From positions 1 to 60,000 of IMG/VR virus record IMGVR_UViG_3300033141_001695: 60,000 nucleotides of DNA; one strand, given 5' to 3'. The translations under genes and the position numbers were made by a program. Below the pieces are notes generated by a model. The model saw nothing but the letters and a program-made list of their open reading frames with translations. It had not been told where the DNA came from and made no database searches. This document shows, piece by piece, positions 17,701 through 25,919 of this stretch; position 1 is the stretch's first letter; each line of letters opens with the position of its first letter. This DNA comes from a virus (lineage: Duplodnaviria > Caudoviricetes).

Positions 17701-19518
17701 TGCGTATTTTTTACCATCCTCACCCTTAACGGTATAGGATGCTTTGTTTACTTTCTCAACGACTCCGCGTATCGCCTTGCCGTCTCTATCTGTCCAGGTT
17801 ACGGTTGTCCCTGGCGGAATTGCTTCTGTCACTGGTTCTTCGGGAATGATTCCTTCGGGCAATGTGGGTTCTATTTCTTCAACCAATTCATCTTGAATCT
17901 CTTGTGCGGCTTGTCTCCTTTGAAGCCTGATATTTTCTGTAGCGTCTATTCTGGATTCTGGATCTGTGACATATTTTTTTGCAGCAATATCACGAACCAT
18001 CATCCCGGCTTTGGCTGCTCCACCCATCACCGTAGTTGTTAAAAATACTGAAGGTGCAACTTCTCGAAGTGATTTCAAATGAGCCACGGGATCTGTCCAC
18101 TCTCTTTTTTCACCACCTAAACCAGCAGCATATTCAATATTAGACTGCCCCATCTGCGTTAATTCTTCTGTCACCAATTCAGTGCCATAAAGCGCACCTA
18201 ATTTTGTGATTAATCTTGAAATAATATTTTCACCCAAAACCGGAGCCATCCTTTTCAATGGGGTGGCTATTATCTTCAAACCCGTAGCTTGTCCTATGGC
18301 TTCCGGCAAAGCCTCCCAAAGTCCGTATTTCTGGGCAAGATTGCCGAAATCTTCTTTTAGCTTAGTTTCCTCATCAAGTGTGAGTGTCTTCCCGGTTCTT
18401 TTTAATTTTTCTTCATTTTGAACTTCAAGGTACCTCTTCATGAAATCATAAGAAGCCATGTTATAGGCAGCTTTACCGGCTGCTGCCGTACCTGCCGCCC
18501 ATGCAGCCGGTCTTGCACCAGGAATGGGAGCCATTGCAGTAGGCAACCCGACGCCTACACCGGCTAAAGCAGACAACCCAGAGAACGCCAAATTCTCAGG
18601 AAGCTGTGCAACGTCTCTTTCTGATATTCCTGGAAATATCCTTTCTTCGCCATATTGCCTTGAAAATTCTTCTGATTGTTTTTGGGCTTTTTCATATTGC
18701 TTATCAAACCAATCTTGATTGACAATACTTGCACCTTTCCAACCTTGAACCGCTGCGGCAGATTTCCCAAGCATTTGACGAGGAAGCTTTGTTAGACCTT
18801 TAGCGAATATCTTTAATCCTTCAATTGGGTGAAGTGAACCTGTCCTTTCAGGGTCTTGTTTTTTTTGTTGGCTATATATTTTGTCGATCAAAGAACCTAC
18901 GTCTCGTTTCCAAGGATCTATATATCCAAATGCACGTTTCCATTCAGGGGATCGTTGTATCCCTGCTCTGGCCAAACCTCTTGTTGTTGGTTGTTTGGCC
19001 TCTCTTATGGTTGTCGGTTGAAATTCACCACGCACAGTTGGTTGTTGAATCTCCCCGGGATAATGTTTTGAAATATTTTTAAGATATTGCCTCGTCTCAT
19101 CTGCATGGCGACCGGTAACCTTGTGGAGATTTTCAAGCCATTTATCTCCATGGGCTTTTATGGCCTTGTCCACATTCCCAGGTCCAGCGTTGTAGGCGGC
19201 GGATGCTTTTAAGGGATCTCCACCATATTTTTTCAAATTCTGAGCAAGGTACTTGGTCCCGCCCATGATACTTTGTTCTGGATCAAACGGATCTGTTACG
19301 CCCAAGTCACCAGCAGTCGCATCCATGATTTGCATTAAACCCTTCGCGCCGGCGCTTGATATGGCCTTGGGATTGAAATTACTTTCCGATTTGATTATGG
19401 CCTTGATATAATTAGGGTCAACTCCATATTCGGAAGAGGCCGAAGCAACAATGTCATCAATATTGGATGATTGTTTTTTCAATCCGGTTGTTTCCATGAT
19501 TAAGCCTTGATTAGCCAT
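11767..19518 (-). CDS. Large polyvalent internal-virion/ejection protein: lytic transglycosylase, ddrB-like ParB, zincin metallopeptidase and helical C-terminus
   Basis: SLT motifs IKSESNF...AKGLMQIM...AAYNAGPG; ddrB-ParB-like QPRDR...GAPIV...VESGNGR; HEFTH (14773-14787); Pro/Glu-rich linker; last of the internal-protein genes. Confidence 0.85.
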   Translation of the reverse strand: MANQGLIMETTGLKKQSSNIDDIVASASSEYGVDPNYIKAIIKSESNFNPKAISSAGAKGLMQIMDATAGDLGVTDPFDPEQSIMGGTKYLAQNLKKYGGDPLKASAAYNAGPGNVDKAIKAHGDKWLENLHKVTGRHADETRQYLKNISKHYPGEIQQPTVRGEFQPTTIREAKQPTTRGLARAGIQRSPEWKRAFGYIDPWKRDVGSLIDKIYSQQKKQDPERTGSLHPIEGLKIFAKGLTKLPRQMLGKSAAAVQGWKGASIVNQDWFDKQYEKAQKQSEEFSRQYGEERIFPGISERDVAQLPENLAFSGLSALAGVGVGLPTAMAPIPGARPAAWAAGTAAAGKAAYNMASYDFMKRYLEVQNEEKLKRTGKTLTLDEETKLKEDFGNLAQKYGLWEALPEAIGQATGLKIIATPLKRMAPVLGENIISRLITKLGALYGTELVTEELTQMGQSNIEYAAGLGGEKREWTDPVAHLKSLREVAPSVFLTTTVMGGAAKAGMMVRDIAAKKYVTDPESRIDATENIRLQRRQAAQEIQDELVEEIEPTLPEGIIPEEPVTEAIPPGTTVTWTDRDGKAIRGVVEKVNKASYTVKGEDGKKYAPRFAKVETVEPTRPEIERGEEYAREIREAEKKVPAPRIAVEEGERVSREDIQFPEAARRAASDEELRREEARVEPEAVIPPEVVPEPAPPVVEEIPEEKPVPPVEPKPEEAKVEPLPEAEVKPEEPKPAPEINKPFIENKVKELGSMEAVEKFYDTDDAVGRYAREYAQKTLPKKKPEEVKPEPKVVPIVEPEVKIEPIKPKTDIVAKADKLHKKSYGLKPKNALQRLLEARQLYKEAGVGDEYENYRENERLIHNYKERLGIEEKKLPEPKPPIEEKPEVVEPKEIIPGATVTWTGKGGKPMRGTVEKVNKASYTVRGEDGKTYAPRMEKVELVEVDLKVEPPVAKEPEIVVPPVAEKGKESTSYLSDNTPIKTQYAVTNANNLITSHTDTLAINKAYPQEMQPRDRERSAMKLQIEEMAKKLNPERLGESASVASGAPIVGDDMVVESGNGRTIAIRKAYGRDIGQKYKEWLTANAEKFGLKKEDIEALDQPVLVRARKTDVDRVDFAKRANQDEVARMSPVEVAKNDAEKLTDADLSTFKPSDEGDITARSNSTFINRFIKQLGPSEAAGFLTEDGRYTKQLIDRIQMAIFHKAYNDDTLLTLIAEEADPDIKTILNALNVAAPHFIQAKAVKGRTGAASEVSSNIIAAAKLIRQSRRTGEPIDTILSQIGMFEQIPEEVHKTTRFLNENIRSAKRMGLVFSESAKAIRRIKMDAQTKALFEDDAEISPSEIIENAIQKVEEQYYGKAQQEIIGFRPGDEPIRKEGEPGRIERAKIKPVAEEPAKPKEVAKEIITQGKTFNVKLFTDDLKEANDFVSKWQVIKTTKAGKEIRVKKAETIQAVKEAYFKKHHPEIEVKPFIGLRKEPKVYAITEVPSLTQINLESIKAHPRFKTAAVTQAEDGKISVKFRNNLGFIINSIEGVDPGSVTLNVGYGRHGLKPGEQVAGFYDHADKSINIVEGVGNRWTIDHEFTHFLEKSGILDTKDMSALNKAIKRKGQSPNEETRAKFIEEAFKTRDAQIRPIQRILQKIADFIDLVINKMGIRTVRGVVRDIETGKIISEVRDEVATEADILYSVKKDTPEIDADPLYGRTDKQKERIGLAKGIPKPKLIDKAKRGFTKAYQAFKRTHKHLDPKTHGDYLNILRIYSNIPTDSRRRASAAIDNFLRILTPKRYDFFTMHIIMGDMIRDIDNGLLADKEELPFGFKDRKDVKSYYDYLNKIAEKDPKIKEALKRRREFNHSLKKELVENKLLSEDVMKYDDYFHHQVMEYQLAKAMGEDYKPGTGTSAKDVRAHRKGWQIARKGSIKDYNTQYVDSEFEVIAQALSQIETKKTLDRIKDLANIVPSLKAEAKAKEIKDWTKLIPEGYTTWKPRPGTAWFKANSITDRMLMEIQEGTSQLKPEDVKQILARGIDETWVIPQELALTMDEFRKFPEDNVLEKASVTMISAWKKWILMNPFRWIKYNINNTSGDSDIILAYEPRIIKNYFPKATKDLWQELKKKKISDELQAEIDQSYKLDVLGSGWSIQEVAEVTSQLSHDKHMSMLLGEKPNLIQKYWRSAVQYTTYRENLLRLAAFRYFKDEIAKGKKPGINLNGVSIRAELQKMAESATSDEMAAKLARELIGDYGNISQAGQWLRAHMIPFWSWQEINAPRYVRLLQNLPHEGKSTKVVSGAMAWKATKLGLKATALYGAVILWNMTFFPDEEKELGEAQRRQLHLILGRREDGSIISLRFQGALSDTLSWFGAEDIVHDISDVAKGIQPIGTKMEEAFKAPVIKIWHGSRPIIKTLGETVLGRTTYPDPFFPRPIRDKWEHIARTFSMNLPYKWIAGKPKRGEDITERLFNDVLSLGFYTSDPGESAYYDVKKASFDFLDKEGIEKPGFIPTTKSNALYYYKQSLKYGDLSAAKRYLEKYKKLGGTLGGIKISIKATHPLASVPKRLRRKFLRSLNKKQRKSYNIALKWYRLHYLKMKRKR

Positions 19519-19553
19519 TTACTTGAAGTTCTCCTGATCTGATTGACTGTTAT

Positions 19554-20681
19554 TTACGGCCTTGAACGATATGGATATGATGGTATTGGATATTTGTGTA
19601 AACCTTGTGTTGTATTAATCGGAACATCTTTCATATCAGGAACTTCATCCGGCTCTGGTTTGTCAAGCTTGAATTTTTTTCGGAATCCTTCAAGTGTTGC
19701 ATTTGGATCATCCAAGTATCCTTGCATTTCTTCTTGAGAAACACCTGTATCCATAGCTTGTTGTATATATCGTTCAAGAGTTGGGTCTGATGGAGGGGTC
19801 GCAGTTTCACCGAAACCTTTCCCCGCTCTGGTCATGCCTCCTTCTACCCTTCTCTCAATAGCCGATAAACCATCAATAATTCTACTTCTTTCAGATTGAA
19901 TTTGCCTTCTTTCCGCTATGATTTCTTTATCATCAAATCCCAATTCACCAAGCTCTTGCTCTTGTGTATCTAAAATTTTTAAACGACCAGTTAAATAATT
20001 ATATTCCTGTGTATCTGCATGTGACCATTTTGGGGCACCTGCTTTTTTTGTCGGTATTTCGGTTATGGTTTCGGGTGGCCTATCTTCCGGTCTGCCGTAA
20101 TGGGTTGTCTCTCTGCCGGTTGCTGGATCAATTGATTTCCACGAAACAGTTTTAGGTCTTTCAAGTTTCGGTATTCCGGTTATTGTTTCGCTTGGTCTAT
20201 CTTCCGGTCTGCCATAAAAGGTTCTTTCCTGTCCGGTTACAGGATCAATCGATTTCCATGAAACGGTTTCAGGTCTTTCAAGTTTTCTTAATTGTGCTTC
20301 TCTTACCTTACGTTGCAAAGCCCTTTCAGGTTCCTCTTCCTCTCGCCTCATGCGTCTTCCGTAAACACCACCAGCCATTCGTGCCAATCCGCCACCAAGC
20401 CTGCCAGCAGGTGAAGTCGGTGCAATAGCTTGCGCGGCTTGACCTGTTAATGTCATAAATAAATCACGCGGTATTCCACCAACAATCGGTTGTTTCCAAT
20501 AATCCATTTCAGACCGTTTTTGTGGCATGAATGATTGAGCGATTGTTGCTTGAGGAAGAACTTGTGGTTGCACCCTTGCTAAACCTCCCCTTGGGACAGG
20601 ATCAAAAACAGGTTCGGCTAATCTGGCTGTTTCTTCTGGTGGAACGTACAAGGGTTCATTGTATAAAGGAGGCATAATCAA
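19554..20681 (-). CDS. Internal virion (ejection) protein with a tandem 39-aa repeat
   Basis: Position among podoviral core-protein genes; 117-bp tandem duplication at 20052-20285. Confidence 0.6.
   Translation of the reverse strand: MIMPPLYNEPLYVPPEETARLAEPVFDPVPRGGLARVQPQVLPQATIAQSFMPQKRSEMDYWKQPIVGGIPRDLFMTLTGQAAQAIAPTSPAGRLGGGLARMAGGVYGRRMRREEEEPERALQRKVREAQLRKLERPETVSWKSIDPVTGQERTFYGRPEDRPSETITGIPKLERPKTVSWKSIDPATGRETTHYGRPEDRPPETITEIPTKKAGAPKWSHADTQEYNYLTGRLKILDTQEQELGELGFDDKEIIAERRQIQSERSRIIDGLSAIERRVEGGMTRAGKGFGETATPPSDPTLERYIQQAMDTGVSQEEMQGYLDDPNATLEGFRKKFKLDKPEPDEVPDMKDVPINTTQGLHKYPIPSYPYRSRP
20052..20285 (-). repeat. Tandem in-frame duplication, 2 x 117 bp
   Basis: KLERPETVSWKSIDPVTGQERTFYGRPEDRPSETITGIP and KLERPKTVSWKSIDPATGRETTHYGRPEDRPPETITEIP. 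Confidence 0.92.
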
Positions 20682-20694
20682 TTTTCCTTTTTAG

Positions 20695-21429
20695 CTATCT
20701 AATAGTATTTTGGTAACTGCCTGTAGTTGGAAACGATGAAGAAACTTGTTGATCTGGGTTAGCAGAGTTGTATTGAAGCTGTGGCAATCTTCTTGAAGTC
20801 CTTCTTTGCATACCTTCAATCCCCGTTGGCCTTTCCTGGAAAACCATTTGTTGTTGTGGTGGAATCCTTCTCAAACCCTCTTCTTTGTCTGCACCACCTG
20901 TTAACATTTCCTGTAATTTACTTAAATCCATTTGGCCAGGAATAGTTCCTCTTGTGGCTTGAGCAGGTGCAGTAGCTCTCCTTGTCGCTATATTAGGAAT
21001 GATGCCTGTCCTTGCAACTTGAGTAGGCGCTGCTGCTCTTTGCAATGGACCTTTAACGGCAAACTGAGTCTGAGGCAACGCCGAAGGTCCACGTCCAGTC
21101 GATCCTCTAAACCCAGGGTCATAAGCTTGTAAATATGGTCCTCCTGTATGGATATATTGACTCATGGTAGTAGGATCAGGATGGGAAGCCAGATGCTCTA
21201 ACTCTTTTTGAGATTCAAGACGCCCTCTCTCTATATCTCCAGAAATTTCAGAGAAAGGATCAACTTCCAACAAATTAGGATCAACCTGCACTGGTCTATC
21301 GCCAATATAAGCAGGAGTATAACCTTGTTTAAGTTGTTTATAAGGGAAGGGTTTTGGCATATTCATTGCTTCTGTATATTCTGTTTCAGGTGTTATACCT
21401 GGAAACGCAGAATCAGTTAATGTAGGCAT
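20695..21429 (-). CDS. Putative internal virion protein (low complexity, Pro/Gln/Thr-rich)
   Basis: Synteny and composition. Confidence 0.5.
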   Translation of the reverse strand: MPTLTDSAFPGITPETEYTEAMNMPKPFPYKQLKQGYTPAYIGDRPVQVDPNLLEVDPFSEISGDIERGRLESQKELEHLASHPDPTTMSQYIHTGGPYLQAYDPGFRGSTGRGPSALPQTQFAVKGPLQRAAAPTQVARTGIIPNIATRRATAPAQATRGTIPGQMDLSKLQEMLTGGADKEEGLRRIPPQQQMVFQERPTGIEGMQRRTSRRLPQLQYNSANPDQQVSSSFPTTGSYQNTIR

Positions 21430-21451
21430 AATATTTTTCCTTTACAATTAA

Positions 21452-22285
21452 TTAAAAAAATGAACTGGCAAGACCTAAAAGACCGCCGGCGGCTGCACCC
21501 ACAGGGCCAAAAGTAGACCCAGCACTTACGCCAGCTAAAGCCCCTGATAAAGCACCAGCAATACCGCCTTGCTTCTCAATTCCACTTGTGGTCTTCTGCG
21601 CTCCTGTTAATGCTCCCAATGCCGCACGCTCATAATCTAAAACAGTAAACGGCCAAAGCTTGTTTTTGGCATCTATTGTGGAATTAAAGTCTGTTATATC
21701 CATCTTTGCCGAAAAATAAAATTTCATAATTTCAGCATAGGTCATTATAGTTGCCTTGTTCCATTCAAGATGGGTTTTCCATCTGTCGGAGGCAATTGGA
21801 ATCAAGCGATACTTTAATTCTGATCTGAATTTTTCCAAGGCCTTGACGCGGGTATCTTCAATCATAGCTTTGCCGGTCACAAAAGAACTGCTCATTACAG
21901 AATTTATGTCTCGCATTCCGACCTGAAACCGTGGCAAAACATTGGCATCGATGTCATCATCCATCAAATCGGCTTCGGCTGCCACAAAATCATTTACTTC
22001 CGGGGCATTCACCGTGTCCTCAAAAACCTGAGAGAACAGAATATCTATGTCAAGCCCAGCCATGAACTTGCCGTACATATCATATAGGCTCGGAAAAGAA
22101 GCTATCGTATATCCGGTCCCAAAAAAAGCAGCCTCAACAACGATGTCAGTATATCCATCAAACGGAGAATCATCTGTGGTTGCTTCTCGATAAGTTGCGA
22201 CCGCATTAAGGAATGCTTGGTGTTTGTCCTCTATGTATGGGGCATATCTCGTTGTGACCGTTTGATCTCCGCCGGAATCTCCCAT
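21452..22285 (-). CDS. Internal virion/DNA-injection protein (P22 gp7/T7 gp14-like position)
   Basis: Start MGDSGGDQTVTT..APY and a Gly/Ala-rich hydrophobic C-terminus GALSGALAG...GPVGAAAGGLLG. Confidence 0.65.
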   Translation of the reverse strand: MGDSGGDQTVTTRYAPYIEDKHQAFLNAVATYREATTDDSPFDGYTDIVVEAAFFGTGYTIASFPSLYDMYGKFMAGLDIDILFSQVFEDTVNAPEVNDFVAAEADLMDDDIDANVLPRFQVGMRDINSVMSSSFVTGKAMIEDTRVKALEKFRSELKYRLIPIASDRWKTHLEWNKATIMTYAEIMKFYFSAKMDITDFNSTIDAKNKLWPFTVLDYERAALGALTGAQKTTSGIEKQGGIAGALSGALAGVSAGSTFGPVGAAAGGLLGLASSFF

Positions 22286-22306
22286 GGGTAATCTCCTTTT
22301 GTCGGA

Positions 22307-22741
22307 TTAATTCAAATCAAATGCGAAAACTCGGAACTGTTCACGACATCCGAAAGACATTGTTAGTTCCCATATCTTGGAATGCCGGGAATTAAAAGTT
22401 ATATTTTCACAGCCTTCCTGTTTGGCAAATTGAATCAGCATATCAAAATCTTTCTGCCAAATATTCAAGGGTACTTCATTATAAGAAAAAATACATTGCA
22501 AATGTAGGGACTTCTTGGAGTTTATCTTATTCACTTTGAAGCGGGTTATCAGCAATGCGATAATCGTTCTGTTCTCATCCAGCCTGATCCAGCATTGGGC
22601 TTTGTCCGAAAGAAGGTCATGCAAAAGTTCGATCAAGTATGATTGCAGGTCTTCCTTGTCAATTTCATCCGCGGTTGTGGTCGCAAACTTAATCGCCTCA
22701 AAATAGTGAGGGATTTGTGTTGACAAAAGTTTGATAATCAA
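22307..22741 (-). CDS. GNAT-like virion assembly protein (T7 gp13/P22 gp14-like position)
   Basis: LIQFAKQEGCENI.F.SR pattern; lies between the nozzle and the internal proteins. Confidence 0.6.
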   Translation of the reverse strand: MIIKLLSTQIPHYFEAIKFATTTADEIDKEDLQSYLIELLHDLLSDKAQCWIRLDENRTIIALLITRFKVNKINSKKSLHLQCIFSYNEVPLNIWQKDFDMLIQFAKQEGCENITFNSRHSKIWELTMSFGCREQFRVFAFDLN

Positions 22742-23871
22742 TGTTGGTGTACCTCTCCGTTAATAATAATATAATCTAAGCCCATGTCAGACTCCCAAGC
22801 AAATGTCTTTACCCGAAACCTGAACTCTTTCCCGTAACAGGCAACATGCACCATGCCTCTGCGGTCTACCGTAAACCAATCTGTTGTGGTGAACGCCTCT
22901 TTCTTGTCGGTTCGCCAGTCTATGGCTGCTTGCAGATCCCCACCAAGGTCGGTTCCTATTTCCAGAGAAAAAATAGTTTTCCCGCGCCGGGTCCCAAGAT
23001 CGTAAATATCGGTACAGATTTCGAAGGTCGGCATGACGATTGCCACAGGGGAAGTCACATACAACGTTCCGCCCTGTGAGGAAATTCCAGTAATGCTTAT
23101 CGGACCGGTTCCAAGACTCTTGTTTGCATGGTTGTAAACAAATCCGTATTCACCATCACAGATATACAGGAGGCCTGTTTCAAGATCATAGGATAATACC
23201 GGACTTGTCAAAACGGATAGATATTCGGAATAGTCAAGTTTTTGCAGCGATTCACTGAGGCTGAACAGTTGATCTTTATTATCGATGAAGAAATGAACGC
23301 TCTCATCACCTGCAATCGCATTTTTACTTTTCAGCCCTATTCGATAAACAGTCTGCAATCCCCAAGCATTGCCCGAAGGAATCAGTGCCGAAACCCCGTT
23401 TTTACCATAGGCAATCGCCCTGCCACCCAATTTTTTGATGGCATAGACCCAACCTTTCCAGTCAAGAGGACGCTCACCGGCAACATTGTCTCTCCCGATT
23501 GTAAAATCCATCTGGCCGATATTCGACCACTTGATCCAGTTGGATCTCAGGTTTTCAAGCAGTAGGTCGCCTTCAGCAAAAGCATAAGCAGTTGCCGTGG
23601 CCTCATAAGTATTACCCCAAATTGGCGTACCTGATGCAGTGGCGTAAGCTATAGCAGTAGCCGTGCAATCTATACCACTTTTATCACCTGTTGCTATGGC
23701 ATAAGCAAAAGCTACGCCTTGATATGGATTTCCGTTTTTGTCATACCCATTGCAATCAAATGTAATATCTAAATCAGGATTTAGCTCTCCACCAAGTAGG
23801 GAACCTTGCGTAAGAACACCCTTTGCTATTCCATAACCATAAGCTGTACCGGCTTCGTAATTTGTAGCCAT
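22738..23871 (-). CDS. Tail nozzle / packaged-DNA stabilisation protein (P22 gp10-like), C-terminal portion
   Basis: NWIKWSNIG, propeller-like blades, and C-terminal DLG...KTIFSLEI...GKEFRFRV. Confidence 0.6.
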   Translation of the reverse strand: MATNYEAGTAYGYGIAKGVLTQGSLLGGELNPDLDITFDCNGYDKNGNPYQGVAFAYAIATGDKSGIDCTATAIAYATASGTPIWGNTYEATATAYAFAEGDLLLENLRSNWIKWSNIGQMDFTIGRDNVAGERPLDWKGWVYAIKKLGGRAIAYGKNGVSALIPSGNAWGLQTVYRIGLKSKNAIAGDESVHFFIDNKDQLFSLSESLQKLDYSEYLSVLTSPVLSYDLETGLLYICDGEYGFVYNHANKSLGTGPISITGISSQGGTLYVTSPVAIVMPTFEICTDIYDLGTRRGKTIFSLEIGTDLGGDLQAAIDWRTDKKEAFTTTDWFTVDRRGMVHVACYGKEFRFRVKTFAWESDMGLDYIIINGEVHQH

Positions 23872-23883
23872 ACAAACTTACCC

Positions 23884-24318
23884 CTAACAGTTCGTTGGTA
23901 ATTCATATTTAGGATTACTAATTGTGAAGGTCCCGGTATCTGGCTCTGTGCCCTCTTCTCCGAAATCAACATAAAAAAGAAGGGGATCGTCTGTAACAGT
24001 ATCATCAAGAAGAAACGCTCCTGGGGATGGACCTATCGAGCCACCCGAAGCTGTCCAACTTGGATTGCTCCAAGTAATGGTAACTTTGTATAAGGTATCA
24101 TTTCTCGTGATAGATATACCAGTCGCCGCCTTGCTTTTCTGGGTATAGCCGTTCCCGGTACCTAATTCTGAAGCTGAAATGTCAGAATATTGGTGATGAT
24201 TCGCTCGGTCAAATGTAAAACCCGAATCCATTAATATCCATATCAAACTATCAGTATCAAGATCAACCTGTCCTTTAGCCATGAGGTATAAAAAGTTTTG
24301 CGTTGCTTGTGCACTCAT
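23884..24318 (-). CDS. Conserved phage tail-associated protein
   Basis: G.VDLDTD..., EL.TGNGYT, W.NPSWTASGGSIGP..., DD.L..Y.DFG pattern. Confidence 0.6.
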   Translation of the reverse strand: MSAQATQNFLYLMAKGQVDLDTDSLIWILMDSGFTFDRANHHQYSDISASELGTGNGYTQKSKAATGISITRNDTLYKVTITWSNPSWTASGGSIGPSPGAFLLDDTVTDDPLLFYVDFGEEGTEPDTGTFTISNPKYELPTNC

Positions 24319-24330
24319 AATTATTTCCCC

Positions 24331-24804
24331 TTAATCTATCTTTATTACAGTTTCGCCTAAAGTTTCTACAGCTTTTTTGTAGACCATAAATGCTTTTCGT
24401 TCATGTATAAATCTGCCCAAATGTTTTCTTTTGCCGTTTATTACAATTTGTGCTTTCCATTTTTGTGCCCATTTATCCCAACACACTCCAGGGAATCGAG
24501 AACTTTTATTCATATTTTGTTTATTCTGAGTATTCTGTCGTCTTGTTACAAATCTTAAATTCTTTTTTTGATTGTCAAATCCACACCCATTAATATGATC
24601 AGTTTCAAATCCTTTTAAAGGTTTACCCATGATTTCATGATGCATTTTAATTGTTTTTTGTTTTCCATTAACAGTAGGCCCGCTTCTATGAGCATAAAAT
24701 GTTTTTGGATATTTTTTCACACACCATTTATATTGATTAATCCTCTCAAAATCTTCATCATCAACCAGTGCAATTTTTCCCTGCGTTAACTTAATCTCTT
24801 TCAT
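24331..24804 (-). CDS. HNH-AP2 homing endonuclease
   Basis: IKLTQGKIALVDDED, MHHEIM, DHINGCGFDNQKKNLR...N, AP2 domain SRFPGVCW...WKAQI...HLGRF. Confidence 0.92.
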   Translation of the reverse strand: MKEIKLTQGKIALVDDEDFERINQYKWCVKKYPKTFYAHRSGPTVNGKQKTIKMHHEIMGKPLKGFETDHINGCGFDNQKKNLRFVTRRQNTQNKQNMNKSSRFPGVCWDKWAQKWKAQIVINGKRKHLGRFIHERKAFMVYKKAVETLGETVIKID

Positions 24805-24906
24805 GATATCTCCTGTAAATACCCCTGAAATAAAATTGGTGGAAAGCCAGTCAGGATTCCGGCCTTGTCAGGTGTACAGCCCTATCCACCAAGATTTATT
24901 TATCTA

Positions 24907-25371
24907 CTATCTCTCCGCATTCCAAGCCCCATACCCTTTAGTCGCAGCCGTTGATAAATGAACATATCCAACCAGAGTCACAACATACATAGCTGCCTGG
25001 TCGGTAACAACTTGGAAGTCAGCCTCTTTCCATCCCTTAAGTCCACCTTGAAAAGCATGGGGAAACTCAATCGGAGCAGAGGCACCTTCCATTACCATCA
25101 AAACCTCGGTATTTGTTCCGTCAGAGAATTGTATGGTAACAGTGCTTGAAGCCACCTTTTTCGAAGACGTGATGATTATATCCGTAAGCATGATGGATTG
25201 ATTCGGCTTGGCTTCAACAACCGTTATGGTTTCGGCAGCATCGTTTATGCCTGATTTCCAATGTGCATCTAAAGTCTTTAGGCTTTCAGCAACCAATACA
25301 ACGTTATCATCTAAGCCTGTACGCACATTAACTGGTGTGCCGTCTTTATGTGCTATGATATATTTTAACAT
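24907..25371 (-). CDS. Virion structural protein
   Basis: Beta-rich ORF in the tail cluster. Confidence 0.5.
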   Translation of the reverse strand: MLKYIIAHKDGTPVNVRTGLDDNVVLVAESLKTLDAHWKSGINDAAETITVVEAKPNQSIMLTDIIITSSKKVASSTVTIQFSDGTNTEVLMVMEGASAPIEFPHAFQGGLKGWKEADFQVVTDQAAMYVVTLVGYVHLSTAATKGYGAWNAER

Positions 25372-25916
25372 TATTCGTGAAAATAAAAGAAGAGGTTAAG
25401 ATTGATCAGCCCGTCCAACGCCGCTTCCATATGCAGTCTTTGGTTTTTGGGTACAATAATACCCTCCGGAAAAGTCCACGAATCTCTTTCCAGTGCCGTT
25501 GTCGGAAACTTTAAAAGCGTAACCACGCTTCCCCCTGTAATGGCCAAATCTGTTGCGTCCTGGGTGCAATCTATATCAGCAACATTCCCGCTACCAGTAT
25601 TCATATTAACCGGAGTAAGGGCGTCACCGGCATCAGTACCAGCATCAGTAGCCCCTGTAAGAACTTTTATCTCCTGATTGGCATCGTCACACCATCCTTC
25701 AATCCTGAAAAGAACCAGGTACTTATCATCATTATTCTTTAGATAGAAAAAGTCGTCATCGGTGGTGGCCGTGATAACATCGACTAAAACAGAATAACAT
25801 TCTCCTTCATGCTCATTGGTATGGTGTGCATCACAGGATGTCACAGATACTGTGTTTAATTTCCCTTCGCTATTAATTAATGCTGGAGTTCCGCTCGGAT
25901 CGTTAAGTGTCGGCAT
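25371..25916 (-). CDS. Virion structural protein
   Basis: Acidic beta-rich ORF (FFYLKN, TPVNMNTGS, IIVPKN). Confidence 0.5.
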   Translation of the reverse strand: MPTLNDPSGTPALINSEGKLNTVSVTSCDAHHTNEHEGECYSVLVDVITATTDDDFFYLKNNDDKYLVLFRIEGWCDDANQEIKVLTGATDAGTDAGDALTPVNMNTGSGNVADIDCTQDATDLAITGGSVVTLLKFPTTALERDSWTFPEGIIVPKNQRLHMEAALDGLINLNLFFYFHE

Positions 25917-25919
25917 TTA

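Noticed and set aside
12837-19082. Numerous short plus-strand and alternate-frame ORFs within the giant gene (and similar ones genome-wide)
   Set aside because: Shadow ORFs of long coding genes, without RBS or protein-like composition.
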